Below are positions 26,541 to 39,200 of a DNA stretch of 64,000 nt, one piece after another. The notes under the pieces were generated by a model, which was not told where the DNA came from, searched no databases, and was given only the letters and a program-made list of their open reading frames with translations. Origin of the DNA: Mobula hypostoma (Eukaryota); contig NC_086097.1 in the NCBI RefSeq assembly GCF_963921235.1, positions 185,816,001 to 185,880,000 of the forward strand, in the 5' to 3' direction. The translations under genes were made by a program, and so were the position numbers. Numbering within the stretch: position 1 is the first letter of the stretch; each line of letters opens with the position of its first letter.

Positions 26541-27547
26541 ATTAAGACATTAAAAAAAAGACTGTAGTTTTGAAGAGCTTTCATGTCTTCAGATTAGATA
26601 GGTACCCAAGAAAGAGCTCTCTGTATGTAGGCGTCTGCAATTTTCTGTTTATTTCCGAAGTATTTCTGTAGTAAAGCCTTAGCATTTACTTATCCTTTCT
26701 TAGGGTCAACATGCTGGCAACATCTGACAAGATCTCTAGGGTGACTCCTAAGTGTACCGTTCAAGGAAATAGAGGCAGTCACTATGGCTGTCCATCTTGC
26801 CTTTAACACTAATTACAAAGGCCTGCATGAATGCATGATACAGCAATGGATCACAATCGAAGATTTAAAACTCTCTTTTAGGCAAAACTGTAACGTGTTG
26901 TTGTTTTGCCATTAAGTGTGTTATTTAATTTTGCTTCCTCATGATATCGGTAATACTATTTTGAACTCTATCGTCTGAAACAAGAGTGTTTCCATGCTGT
27001 AAGTGAATGTCCCTGTGAGTCCTTTGAGTTGCTGGAATTGAGATAGGTTCAGAGTGCCTCATTAACGCAGGCTGAGAGTAAACAGCCCGAACTACCTCTT
27101 GAGGGTCTTGTTCGTGTATCACAAACACTCAAGGAACAAATGAATCAACATTGACATTGGGTGTTTTTGTTTTTCTTTGTACCTTTTTAATATAGGAACT
27201 TACAGCATAGGGCTGTCCTGCTGGAGCACTTTTAGCACTCACCACTCTTGAAGCCCTTAGCCCACTATCTTTAACCATACATATGGCAATTTCTCCCTGC
27301 AACTTAAGATGACCCTTCCTTTTTTGTAGATTCTCCTTCCTTTTGTGTAGCTGCTCCTCTTGCTCTCCCATCTTATCATCTTGCTCTTCCGTCTCCCTCT
27401 TGCTCTTCCAGCACATTTGTCCTTCCCTAATTGTTCATGTGTGATAATGCAGCCTCTATTTCAATGCACATGGAGATACCAAAAGTTTTCTTCCTGCAGC
27501 AGAGCTTTGAATGCTGACATTTGAGACACTGTCGTTCGGTTTCACAT

Positions 27548-27690
27548 CATAGAAACATAGTAACATAGAAAACCTACAGCACAGTATAGGTCCTTTGGCC
27601 CACAAAGCTGTGCCGAACATATCCTTACCTTAGAAATTACCTAGGGTTACCCATAGCCCTCTATTTTTCAAAGCTCCATGTACCTGTCCA
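27548..27690 (-). mobile_element. CR1 3' tail fragment nested in BEL gag
   Basis: catagaaacatagtaacatagaaaacctacagcac, the same 3' end as at 23709. Confidence 0.85.
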
Positions 27691-28623
27691 ATAGATGAGT
27701 CATCTGCTGTATGCATCACTAAATGCATTGGAATTTGAGAAACGTCTGATGGAAGATGAGACACATATTCATTCATTGCTTCACTGTAACATGTTTGGGT
27801 CAACTATTGTTTCACTCCTCTTTGAATGTACTGCTATAGCTATCAATGCTTGAAAAACATTCATTCTTTTTTCCTTGTTCACCCTTTGGAAGTATTAACA
27901 TGAGTACTTGATGTTGCTCAGCAACTGCTTCACAGAGATTAGTCAAGTACTCAAAATAAGATTGCACTTGTAAGGCATTTTCTTTATTTTCTTAAGATCC
28001 TTAATTGATGGTATTAAACCTTTAATTTTGTTAACATGTTTCATACTCTTTTTGAATACTTTCTATTTGATTTGCCTTACTTTGGCAATGTTTATTCTTC
28101 TTTTTCCAGCCCTGACTCAGGGTCACTGTCATCAGTTCCATGCTTTGATTCACTCATGTTACTTTCCTCTTATTGCGTAACTCACAATTAACTCTTTGTT
28201 CGCCTACAGCAGATTCACAAAACTCACCACTTAACCTAACCAACCAAACAGAACAGCAATATTCCATTCAATAAACGCAGACAACAAACAAACTGTTCAT
28301 GCATCTACACCACTTCAACCCAACCAGACAAACAGAACAGCATTCAATTCATATGTTGGCAACTGGGACAATATCTCAGCACTTCAATAAAACAAAGCGA
28401 TGAACTGTCAGGCAAACACCATGTAATCAAGCAGTGGTCCACAATGGAAAGGCTGCACTGATCATTCAAATCTATGTTCAAACCACAAATAATAGCATGA
28501 ACCAACAAAAGGTCAGAGATAATCCTACTGCAAGCTATTCCAGTTTCACCAACAGGTCCAAGGCAATTTTTTTCCCCATTGATTGGTGTTCATTTGGTAT
28601 AACTATTTTTGTGTTGACAGAAA

Positions 28624-28987
28624 TGTAGCAGTTGCTTGGAAACAAACAAAACTGCTGAGAGACTGAGCGACGGCCTCTACACTGTATAACACACTTCCAA
28701 CTAACTGTGTTCCAAGTCAAAAACAGTTTTATCTTTTATTAAAAAGCCAACAAAGACAAATGATTTATATAGTGATAAAAACTAACAAAACTAAATTAGT
28801 GATATAGTGGAATAAGAGTAATTAGTGTTCAAATTCATGGTCAACAAGAAAATATCCATTTCCTGGCTGTCTCTAACTAAGAACTAACTGCACCAAGGGT
28901 GAATACATGATAAAACTCATTTGCTTCCACCATGACCTAATCCAAATTACCAGAAATGTGACAGAAAATAGATACATGGCTTCTACA
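28624..28987 (-). repeat. BEL/Pao 5' LTR
   Basis: tgtagcagttgctt...catggcttctaca (TG..CA), homologous to 15867-16263. Confidence 0.88.
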
Positions 28988-29039
28988 AGCCCCTTCACCA
29001 GAGGTGCTAGCCCTCCCTGGACACCTCATATATGACAGC

Positions 29040-29278
29040 ATACACCAGATGACTTCCTCCTTCAATAACTATTAGGAATTAATACACAGTTTTATAATAC
29101 TGTAGTAGGATTGGTAATGTGCTAATTTGTTCTGTATTTCAATTAAATACATAATTTATTATTCAGTTAAATGGTAGTTTGTCTTTTTTTATACATTTTA
29201 AATTATTTCCATAAAACTTAGGCTAATTGGGCTAAAATGTGCTGGTGTAATTGTGCCCCAATTAACTGGATTCCACAG
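29040..29278 (+). mobile_element. Tigger/pogo-like element, right part
   Basis: Ends cccaattaactggattccacag followed by TA, an inverted match to the terminus at 14800. Confidence 0.6.
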
Positions 29279-29436
29279 TATATGAATATTACAGAATAAG
29301 CTGTGATGGACTGCTGGGACAAGATTCCTCTCTTTTCAGAATAGATGCAATAGAATGGGCATGTCCTCTGGCCCTAATATAAAAATAAAATTAAATCTTA
29401 TTGAAATGTGTTAAGTAATTAGAGGATATGACAGAA

Positions 29437-30870
29437 AAACAAGAGATTCTGCAGATGCTGGAAGTCCAGAGCAACACACACACACACAAAATGCTGGAGG
29501 AACTCAGCAGATCAGGCAGCATCAATGGAAATGACAGTCGACATTTCTAGACAGAATATGAGGCGTCGCTGCTCTACCCTGAAACATCAAACATAGAACA
29601 TAGAAACCTACAGCACATTACAGGCCCTTCAGCCCACAATGTTGTGCTGACCATGTAACCCACTCTAGAAACTGCCTAGAATTTCCCTAGAGCATAGCCC
29701 TCTATTTTTCTGATCTCCATTAAGTGGCCATAACGTGGGAAAGGATGTTCCTGGGATGAGGTTTTCCTTCCAGGACATCAGAGATGTCCTCCTTCAAAGA
29801 ACAGGATTTCCCTTCCTCCACCATTGTTGCTGCCCTCACCCGCATCTTCTCCATTTCCTGACATCCACACTCACCCCAGCTTCCCACTGCCTTAACGAGT
29901 ATGGACTTGCTCTTGTCCTCACATACTACCCCGTGAGCCTCTGCATCGAACATGTCACTCTCCGCAATATCCAGCATCTTCAATGGGATCCTGCCACCAA
30001 ACACATCCTTACCTCCCACCCCCACTCTCCTCTTTCTGCAGGAATTACTCCCTCTGTGATTCTCTTGTCCATTAGTCCCTTCTCCCTCATGGTACATATC
30101 TCTGCAAGCAATGGAATGCTACACCTGTCCATTCACCTCCTCCATCACCTTCATTCAGAGCCCTAAACAGTCCTTCAACATTTCACCTGCAAATCTGTTG
30201 GGGTTGTTTATTGTATCCGGTGCTCCTAATGTGGTCTCCTCTACATGGGTGAGACCCAGCGTGAACAGGAGGACTGCTTCATCAAGCACTTCTGTTCTAT
30301 GTGCCAGAAGTGGAATTCCCCAGTGGCCAACCAGTTTAATCCCTATCCCCATTCCCATTACGACATGTCGGTCCATGGCCTCCACTTTTGCCATGATGAG
30401 GCTGTTCTCACAGTGGAGGGACAACACCTCATATTCCATCCAGGTAGCCTCCAACCTGAGCATATGAACATTGATTTCTCCTTCGGTATTTTCCCTCCCG
30501 CTTCCCTCTTCTTTCATTACCCACTCTGGCCTCTTATCTCGTTTCCTCACCGGCCTATCACATCCCTTTGGTGCTGCTCCTTCTTCTCTTTCTCTCATGG
30601 TCTGCTCTTCTCTCATATCAGATTCCTCCTTCCCTTTACCTTCCCACCCACCTGGCTTCACCTATCACCTTTTAGCTTGTGCCCCTTTCTCTCCCTCCAG
30701 CTTTTTATTCTGGCACGATCCCCCTTTCTTTCCAGTCCTGATGAAGGTTCTCAGCCCGAAAGGTTGACTGTTTATTCAGTTGCAAAGATATTGCCTGACC
30801 TGCTGAGTTCCTCTAGCATTTTGTAAGTGTTGCTTGGGTTTCCAGCATCTGCAGATTTTCTCTTGTTTGT
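29437..30870 (+). mobile_element. Penelope-like element fragment (RT C-terminus, GIY-YIG relic, pLTR) with an inverted pLTR at the left end; a CR1 tail is inserted at about 29590-29720
   Basis: LVLTYYP..LRNIQHLQWDPATKHI, MGETQR..PVANQFN..HYDMSVHGL..HLIFHPGSLQP, homologous to 57.7-58.4 kb. Confidence 0.85.
30733..30770 (+). ncRNA. Hammerhead motif copy (older subfamily)
   Basis: CAGUC-CUGAUGA-AGGUUCUCAGCCC-GAAA-GGUU-GACUG. Confidence 0.55.
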
Positions 30871-30874
30871 TCAT

Positions 30875-31125
30875 AATATTTGTCTTGCCGGCAAATCTAT
30901 AGATGGTGTTTGAGCTGTGCCTAGCGAAACAGATGTCGAGAGAGTAGAGCACTGAGCTATGCGCACGTCCTTGTGGTGTGCCAGTGTTGATTGTCAGCGA
31001 GGAGGAGATGTTATTTCCAATCCACACAGCCTGGTCTCCCTGTGAGGAAGTCAAGGATCCCGTTGCAGACAGAGGTACAGAGCCCAGGTTTTGGAGCTTG
31101 TTGATTAGAACTGAGGGTATGTTAT
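30875..31125 (-). mobile_element. Rex1/Babar-type LINE RT fragment
   Basis: SSSLTINTGTPQG..LYSL..ARHSSNTIYRFA. Confidence 0.75.
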
Positions 31126-31187
31126 TATAGTCAATCGAAACTATAAATATCTAATTAGTTGATTAAATCTGAGTTATAAATGTTTAC

Positions 31188-31805
31188 CATAGAACCATAG
31201 AACATAGAACATTACAGCACAGGAACAGGCCTTTTGGCCCTTCTTGGTTGTGCCGAACCATTTTTCTGTCTAGTCCCACTGACCTGCACCTGGACCATAT
31301 CCCTCCATACACCTCTCATCCACTGCCTTCCTTTCATCCACTTTCCTGGTAATCTCCTCGAAAAACTCCAATAGATTGGTCAAACATGACCTACCACGCA
31401 CAAAGCCATGTTGACTCTCCCTAATAAGTCCCTGTCTCTCCAAATGCTTGTAGATTCTGTCTCTTAGTACTCCCTCCAATAACTTACCCACTATCGATGT
31501 CAAATTTACCGGCCTATAATTTCCCGGATTACTTTTCGATCCTTTTTTTAAACAACGGAACACCATGAGCCACTCTCCAATCCTCCGGCACCTTACCAGC
31601 AGATGGCGACATTTTAAATATTTCTGCCAGGGCCCCAGCAATTTCAGCTCTCGTCTCCTTCAAGGTCCGAGGGAACACCATGTCAGGTCCTGGGGATTTA
31701 TCCACTTTAATTTTCCTCAAGATAGCAAGCACCTCCTCCTTTTCAATCTGTAGTTTCCATGATCTCACTACTTGTTTCCCTTAATTCCATAGACTTCATG
31801 CCATA
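31188..31805 (-). mobile_element. CR1 LINE with large internal deletion and 3' tail
   Basis: KSPGPD, GNYRPVNLTS, QHGFVRGRSCLTNL fused directly to the terminal ERCMEGYGPGAGQWD. Confidence 0.88.
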
Positions 31806-31839
31806 GACTACATTTTTACATGGTAAAAATTTCGGCATA

Positions 31840-32765
31840 CTGCCGTGCAGAGGGATTTGAATCACAAAAGGTGGTTAGCAGCTGCAGCAGGCTAACAAAA
31901 AGGCAAATGGGATGTTGGCCTTCATTGCTAGAGGGATTGAACTTAAGAGCAGGGAGGTTATGCTGCAACTGTATAGGGTACTGGTGAGGCCACATCTGGA
32001 GTACTCTGTGCAGTTCTGGTCTTCTTACTTGAGGAAGGATATACTGGCTTTGGAGGTGGTGCAGAGGAGGTCCACCAGGATGATTCTAGAAATGGAGGGG
32101 GTTAGACTATGAGGAAAGATTGAGTTATCTGTGACTGTACTTGCTGGAATTTGGAAGAATGAGAGGAGATCATATATATCTTATATAACGGATCCTGACC
32201 CGGATCTGGGCTGTACCCTCCAAATATCTGGACCTGCCTCTCGGTTTTTTTGCACAATCTTACTTTCCATTTTTCTATTTTCTATTTATGATTTATAATT
32301 TAAATTTTTAACATTTACCAATTTTTGCTATTTTTAATATTTAATATTTGTAATCCAGGGAGCAGGAAGTGCAGAATCAAATATCACTGTGATGATTGTA
32401 CGTTCTAGTATCAATTGTTTGGCAACAATAAAGTATAAAGTATAAAAGTATAAGTATAAAACATCTAAAATTATGAAAGGGATAGATAAGGTAGAAGCAG
32501 GAAAGTTGCTTCCACTGTAGGTGAGACTAGAAGTGGGGAACATTACCTCAAGATTCAGGGGAATAGACTTAGGACAGAGATGAGGAGGAACTGCTTTTCC
32601 CGGAGAGTTGTGAATCTCTGGAATTCTCTGTGGAGGCTACCTCAGTAAATATATTTAAGACAAGGTTGGATAGATGTTTACATAGTAAGGGAATTAAGGG
32701 TTATGGGGAAAAGGCAAGTAGGTGGAGATGAGTCTATGGCCAGATTAGCGATGATCTAACTGAAT
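31840..32765 (+). mobile_element. CR1 LINE 3' part, interrupted at about 32185-32460 by a LINE 3' tail with (AAGTATA) repeats
   Basis: MLAFIARGIE..LVRPHLEY; the CR1 resumes after 32460. Confidence 0.82.
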
Positions 32766-33609
32766 GTGGAGTTGTCATACTCATTAATGCTATCATTTTC
32801 AGAGGCCTACATGATTAGCAGATTGGTGAGAACAAAGTCAAATTTCCTTACACTGTTTCCCTCACTAAACTACCCTACTTTGGTAGCTATCTCTTTCAGA
32901 ACTAACTGTTCAATCAATTGTCATGAGATTAAGCCAGAAGATGAACCTTGAAAACAAAACATTTTGAGAATATTTCTCATCTCTCAAATAATGTTCAACA
33001 TTAACTGATTCATTAGCTGAAAAAGGTGAAAGATATTTTCAGCAGGTGACTTCTTAGTCCATATTTGGCTTAATAACATAAGGCATAGGAGCAGAATTAG
33101 GCCTATTGACTCAGCTGCACCATTCCATAATGGCTGATTAGTTACCCCTCTCAATCCCATTCCCCTGCCTTCTCCCCATAACCTTTGATATCCTGCCTAA
33201 TCAAGAATCTGTCAACCTCTGTTTTAAATATACTCAATGGCATCAGACAGAGACAATGATAAGGACAAATATAATGAAGTTATATTTAATGAAGTTGGGT
33301 ATTATCCAACCATCATGCTCTCTGCATCTCATCTATGTCAGGTTTGTGCTCTAAACCTTTCAGTTTGCAATTGCCGAAATATTCATGAAAATATTTCAGG
33401 GCTACTAGGTTTAGTAGGTTTGTCTTGTTTCATTATAATGCAAGGCAATAGTAAGTAGACAAAATGTTTTAATTTGTAGTTATTTTTATTAATCTTGTAC
33501 AATTTAATATCTTACTGGCCATTTCAGAAAGCATTTAAGTATCAATCACTTTGCTATAGTTCTAATTAGGAAATATTTATATTCAGTAAGGATAGCAGAC
33601 ATATTTGCC

Positions 33610-34190
33610 CTCCAGGGCTGTGTGCTGAGTCCATTGCTATACATTCTGTTCACACATGACTGCACAGCCAAACACCCGAGCAATCTCATTGTCAAGTTCG
33701 CCAGTGACATGACACTGGTTGATCTCATCACTAACAACGATGAGACAGCCTACAGAAAGGAGCTGGAAGAGCTTGAGGCCTGGTGCCAGGCAAATATCAT
33801 CTTCCTCAATGTCAACAAGACAAAAGAGGTGGTTATCAACTTCAGGAAAAATCACATCACTCACACCCCTCTTCATGTCAGCGGCACAGCTGTGGAAACT
33901 GCAAGCAGTTTCAAACTCCTGAGAAAGCACATCTTGCACAACTTCTCATTGTCTAAGAACACATCCTCCACAGTCTGGAAAGCTCACCAAAACCTCTACT
34001 TGCTGAAGAGGCTGAAGAGAGCTAGACGATGCAAATCAATATTCATGACCTTCTACAGATGCACAGTTGAGAGCATCTTAACATGATGCATCACTGTGTG
34101 GTATGGAAACCGTACTCTGGTGGACAGGAAGGTTCTATAACAGGTAGTTAAAACTGCCCAGCACACCATCAGCACCAGACTACTCATTCC
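33610..34190 (+). mobile_element. Rex1/Babar-type LINE RT fragment
   Basis: ORF 33622..34086: LSPLLYILFTHDC..LNVNKTKEVVINFRK..TFYRCTVESILT. Confidence 0.85.
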
Positions 34191-34199
34191 GAGGAAGGA

Positions 34200-34700
34200 C
34201 AGGCAGGATAGACAAAGGAGAGTCAGTGGATGTTGTTTCAAAAGGCCATTAACAAGGTGCTGCACATGAGGCTGCTAAACAAGATAAGAGCACATGGTAT
34301 TGTAGAAAAGATACTACCATGGATAGAACATAGGTTGGCAAAGAATGGGAATAAAGGGGGTCTTTTCTGGTTGACTGCCGGTGACAAGTGGTGTTTTGCA
34401 GGGTCAGTGTTGGAACCACTTCTTTTCATGTCATATATCAATGATTTGGATGTTGTAATAGATGACTTTGTGCCCAAGTTTGCAGATGATACAAAGGCAG
34501 GAAGAGGGGTAGGTACTGATGGAGAAGCAGGGAGCATGCAGAAGGACTTAGACAGATTTGGGGAATGAGCAGATAGAATACATTGTAGGGAAGTGTGTCA
34601 TCATACACTTTGGTAGGTGGAATAAAGGCATAAGCAGGGAGAAAATTCACAAATCAGGGGTGCAAGAGGACTTTGTGAGTCCTTGTGTAGAATTCCCTAA
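34200..34700 (+). mobile_element. CR1 RT fragment
   Basis: ORF 34230..34568: FQKAINKVLH..GSVLEPL..KFADDTK. Confidence 0.85.
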
Positions 34701-34992
34701 AAGTTATCTCAGACATCCCACCCTGCAAAAACTCATTTCAGGGAGGTTGCATCCCCCCTGCGCCCCCCCCCCCACCCCCGTCGATCTCCAAGGGTGTATG
34801 TAATACTTTGTTTAGTGATTTTGTCTAATCTGTAAACCAAGTTGGGTATATGCAGCAAATGTGGCATTAAAATATGTACATATTATATTATCATGTTTAT
34901 TCTATTACAATTTTAAGCAAGTCTGCAGGGAGTTTGGCCTCATCATGTAGGACATCAATAGCGTAGCTCCTTGGCAGCCAGCTAGTTTAAAT

Positions 34993-35185
34993 CAGGGGTC
35001 CCCAACCTTTTTTGCACCGCGGACCGGTTTAATATTGACAATATTCTTGTGGACCAGCCAACCCGGTGGAGGGGGGGGGGGGCGTGGGGGAGAGGTGGGT
35101 GTTAAATGCGACCAGAATATAGGTGATAAATCACTATAAGTCACTTGTAAGGGGCTAATACACTCAATTTCATTTCCAGTTTTGG
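34993..35185 (+). mobile_element. hAT (Charlie-like) MITE left end
   Basis: Starts CAGGGGTCCCCAACCTTTTT, a typical hAT-Charlie terminus. The matching right TIR was not seen. Confidence 0.55.
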
Positions 35186-35199
35186 TCACTAAAAACATT

Positions 35200-37422
35200 C
35201 AGTGCCTATAGGTGAAGCAAACAAGACCCAAGGTAATTGATTCCTAGTGTTTCATAATTAAATTATGAAGAAACAGGTGTGTGATTCAATCATTAGTCAT
35301 TAGCATTAACAGGGCACCAATTAGTGAAAATGGGGTTGAAAAGACTAAGTTTAGAATCAAAGGCAGGAAATTCTTCATTCTTAGTGAACAACTTGGCAAT
35401 AAACTAATTGCGCTATAAATTCTTATTAGTTTACAGTAGTTGGATGTTGCAATGCAATTACTTGTTAGGAAAGGTATAATAGTACTCTTCAACAATATTT
35501 ATTGCTTATAATTACTACTTCACTCTACCTGGGCATTATAGCACTATATATTGTGCTAGGAACCTTATAAATACCACAAAATATTTTTATGAAGTCTCAA
35601 TGATCCAAACAAATAAACTCTACCTGGACTTCTAGCCGAGTACAGGTATCAATTGTAACCGATGCAATCTGGCAGAGTTTGTCATCGAAACATCAGTTAA
35701 AATCTATATTTGTATTTGGCTGGAAGCCCGAGAAGAATTTATTCATCATATGCGCCGGGAAAGCACTAGACCCTTTTTCTCAATGATTCACATTTGGCAA
35801 GTTCATTTTGGCATACATTTTTCCTTAGAGGAGGTGTGACTTATTCATTCATGGTAGCAATGCTCACCAGCTTTGTTTCTCCATCACCAAACACTTGTAA
35901 TATACAAGTTAACTAACAAGGTTCTCAGGTACAAGAAAAAACTTGGAACAATTTAGAACACAAGATTTAATGTGTTTGTAATGAATAGACATTAATCAGC
36001 AATTACAGTTATTTTTGCTTGACAAAGTTAAAATGGCAGCAGTATGATTTATCATTCATTCCACAGAATCCACAGCAGAAGTCATTTTAAATTGGGATAA
36101 TAGTAAAATGACCATCACGCTCAGCAAAATTAAATAACTGCAAACAACTTCCATTCATATTCTCACTGATTACTGACTTAGCAGCCAGATTTTTTTCCCT
36201 TTTTAATCTATTTCTTCAGAGTCATAAGAAAAACTTTTACAGAAATTATATTATATAATATCAGGACAAGTAGGTTAATAATTTTAGCTTATATGGCTTG
36301 GATTAAAGATATACCATGTCAGCCTAAATTATATCTATTCAGTATTTACAATAATACACTGCTGAACTTTTGTACTTAGAAAGGACCTTGGCCAGGAGTT
36401 TACAATGCAAATAATGCTGACATTATCAGCACTTACAAATTTAATGGTTAATATGGGAGCAATGCCAGGAATGAACATCCTCAGTGATTCGCCATTCTTC
36501 TTCAGAGATAATATTTTAGATCCTTCTCCAGAGTCTTCAGAAATTAGTAAACTGCTAAGAGCTAAGTTATTTATGAATTATTCTCAATTAAAATAATCCT
36601 GAAGAAATTACACATTTTAAATTGAGTATATAATAGTATGCTATTCTATAATTATTGTTGAAATATCTCTCCAGTCCCATTAAATGTTGAGAAAGCCATT
36701 CCATCAGAGGACTGTTTCATAATTCAGTATCTATATATTAGTTTAATTTTTCATGACATTTCACTTTTTCCTTAATCTTATGTATGCTCCAGTCTTTATT
36801 TCATATTCTATAAAATGTACAAACACACTACAAATTGCTCTCTCTAGGGAATCTTCAGTGTCATTGGCTGCTCAGCTTGCTTGATGACACTGTTGAATGG
36901 ATGCTGAAGATAAACTGGAACTGATGTCAAACAACAACCAAAGTTAAGAAAGGTGAAATTACATTACCATTACTAAATCCTTGCTGGGAAGCTTTATCAA
37001 ACTCAGAGAAATTGTGTAATATAGAAAGGAATTAATAACAGATCTGCCCTCAAGACTGAATGACAAGGAACATATTTCCCATTTTAAAATTTTCATTAAA
37101 CATTTTATAATGGATTTTGTTAACACAATATCTCAGATAACTGAAATAGTGCACTACAGAAAATAAGTCACTGTTTTACAGGGTATATAGCACTAATACA
37201 TTTGAGCTGTCTATGAATTACACACTTGCCTGTAAGTTGACAATTCATCAACTATGGCATATTATTTGCAGTTATTCATTATTTATTATGTAAGTGATTT
37301 GTAACATTTTTCACATGTTTGGATTTTAATAATCTTAACACTGTAGCACATTGAGTTATTTTATAGATGGTTTACATGAAAATTCATGCAACATAAACTT
37401 TCTCCAACAGTGGAGGCCAGTT
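35200..37422 (-). other. Probable NECAB1 3' UTR (distal end uncertain)
   Basis: AT-rich, nearly TE-free sequence directly after the stop codon. Minus-strand AATAAA candidates at about 37282-37287, 36795-36800, 35738-35743 and 35498-35503. Confidence 0.55.
35612..35780. mobile_element. Small inverted-repeat remnant of a second Penelope-like family
   Basis: aataaactctacctggacttctagccgagtac is inverted against gtatttggctggaagcccgagaagaatttatt. Internal tggcagagtttgtcatcGAAAcatc resembles half a hammerhead. Confidence 0.5.
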
Positions 37423-37451
37423 TCAGTTGTTATTTAGAATCCACCATGAAG
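37423..37451 (-). CDS. NECAB1: NECAB1 terminal coding exon: (A)SWWILNNN-stop
   Basis: ttttttcacag acceptor, phase 1 completing GCT (Ala), TGA at 37425-37423. This is the NECAB family C-terminus; the paralog call (NECAB1 rather than NECAB3) rests on the upstream exons. Confidence 0.94.
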
Positions 37452-37639
37452 CTGTGAAAAAAATAAAGAAAGGATTTACAGAGTGGCATAACATGGGTTC
37501 TGATGAGTAAACCATACAGTACAATTCATGAGTCAAAGATAGCGAAATCATTTTGCTTCTGAAATTTGTTGAGTTATCACCATATTCCATTAGAACAGGA
37601 AGGGCAATGTTATCTCTTCTCTCTTCTAACATTACGTCA

Positions 37640-38230
37640 ATTCAAGATTCAAAGTTCAAAGTAAATTTATAATCAAAATACATATATGTCACCATACACA
37701 ACCCTGAGATTCATTATCTTATGGGCAATCATAGTAAATACAAATAAAAACTAAAAAAAAACATGCAGGCAACAACCAATGTGCAAAAAATATGCAAATA
37801 CAAAAAGAAAGAAAATAATGATGATGATAATAATAATAATAATAAATCAGCAATAAATAGAGAACATGAGATTATGTGTGGTCGTGTATATTGACCGGTT
37901 GCATCATGGCCTGGTATGGAAACACTAATGCTGTGGAATGGAAAATCCTACAAAAGTGGTGGATGTGGCCCAGTCCATCATGGGTAAAGCCCTTCCCCAC
38001 CATTGAGCGTTGTTGCAGGAAAGCAGCATCCATCATCAAGGGCCTACACCATCCAGGCCTGCTTTCTTCTCACTGCTACCATCAGGAAGAAGGTACAGGA
38101 GCCTCAGGTTCCACAGCACCAGGTTCAGGAACAGTTATTACTCCTCAGGCTCCTGAACCAAAGGGAACAACTTCAGTCCATCACGGAACTATTCCAACTG
38201 AACTGGACTCACCATCTCATGTTCTCTATT
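37640..38230. mobile_element. Rex1/Babar-type LINE fragments (minus 3' tail 37640-37870, plus ORF end 37876-38230)
   Basis: ILTGCIMAWYGN..RCCRKAASIIK..HHPG, and a caaagttcaaagtaaatttat tail like that at 56957. Confidence 0.7.
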
Positions 38231-38234
38231 TGAA

Positions 38235-39200
38235 GAGGGTTGACAAAGGTAGGGCAGTGGACATTGTCTACATAGACTTTAACAAGAACTTAGACAGGGT
38301 CTCACAGGATATGCAAATCCAGAAGATTACCTTACTGGATAGTTTAGCCCAAAAGATTAACCTGGTCCAGAAAGTCAGGTCATGTGGGATCCAGGATGAG
38401 CTAGATAATTGGATATAAAACAGGCTTGGTGGAAAGGTGGTAGTGAAGAGCTGTTTTTTTTTTCCCACATTGGAGGTTTGTGACCAGCGGTGTGGTGCTC
38501 TTCCAGTGATACTTGCTAACTATTTAGTTGGCATGGTTAATAAGTTACTGAATGATACCAAAATTGATAGTATAGTAGCATAATGATGAGGGTTATTTAC
38601 AATTGCAATGGCATCTACATCAACAGGGCAAGTGAACCAAAGAATGGCAGATGTGATGTGTTGCACTTTGGTAAATTTAAACAGAAAACAGAGCCCTGGA
38701 GAATGTTGTAGAACAGGAAAGCAGGGAACTTTATATCCATCTCCCTGAAAAGGTGAAAAGGTGGTGAGAATGGTGTTTGACGTGCTTGGCTTCATTGGTC
38801 GGGGCATCGAGAACAGGATTTGGGCTGACAAGTCGTTGATGAGAGCCCATTTGTAGTGCTGTGTGTACTTCAGTCACTTGGCTATAGGAAGGATGTCATT
38901 AAGCTGAAAAGGTGAATAAGATGTTACTGGGACTGAAGGGCTTGAGTTATGAGGAGATGCTTTTTCTTTGAAGTTGTGGAGGATGAGTGTAGACTTTACA
39001 GAGATGTATAAAATCATGAAAAGTATAGATAAGAAGTATGGTCAGTTGTTTTCCCTCAGTGTAGGTAGTTTACAACTCGTGGGCACACGATTATGGTGAG
39101 AAGGGAAGCTTTTAAACAGAACCTGAGGGGTGACTTTTCCCACACAGAGCAGTGGGTATGTGGAACGAGGTGCCAGAGGAAGCTGTAAAAGCAGATACAA
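38235..39200 (+). mobile_element. Old CR1 RT-to-3' fragment
   Basis: RVDKGRAVDIVYIDFNK and a decayed FFTQR region. Confidence 0.75.

Larger units (their letters stand above)
15867..28987 (-). mobile_element. Full-length degenerate BEL/Pao LTR retrotransposon with nested insertions
   Basis: Two homologous LTRs and AGCCC TSD (15862-15866, 28988-28992). Minus-strand order: gag with Cys/His knuckles (22559..22897 CFDCLCTGHISKDC..CKVCDGKHPSVLH), protease (YAFLD*GS near 22480), RT (21387..21914 YIPHHGVY..LLQGP..ADIESKFHQV), Pao RNase H (20122..20466), integrase (18801..19031 MADL..DRVTP..VGVD) and C-terminal domain (16601..16897). Confidence 0.92.

Noticed and set aside
35066..35100. G-rich tract as a functional G-quadruplex (also about 55180-55230)
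   Set aside because: These are simple poly-G runs inside repeats with no independent support.
37452..37632. N-terminal part of the ORF ending ASWWILNNN
   Set aside because: It is intronic read-through; only 37423-37451 follows the splice acceptor.
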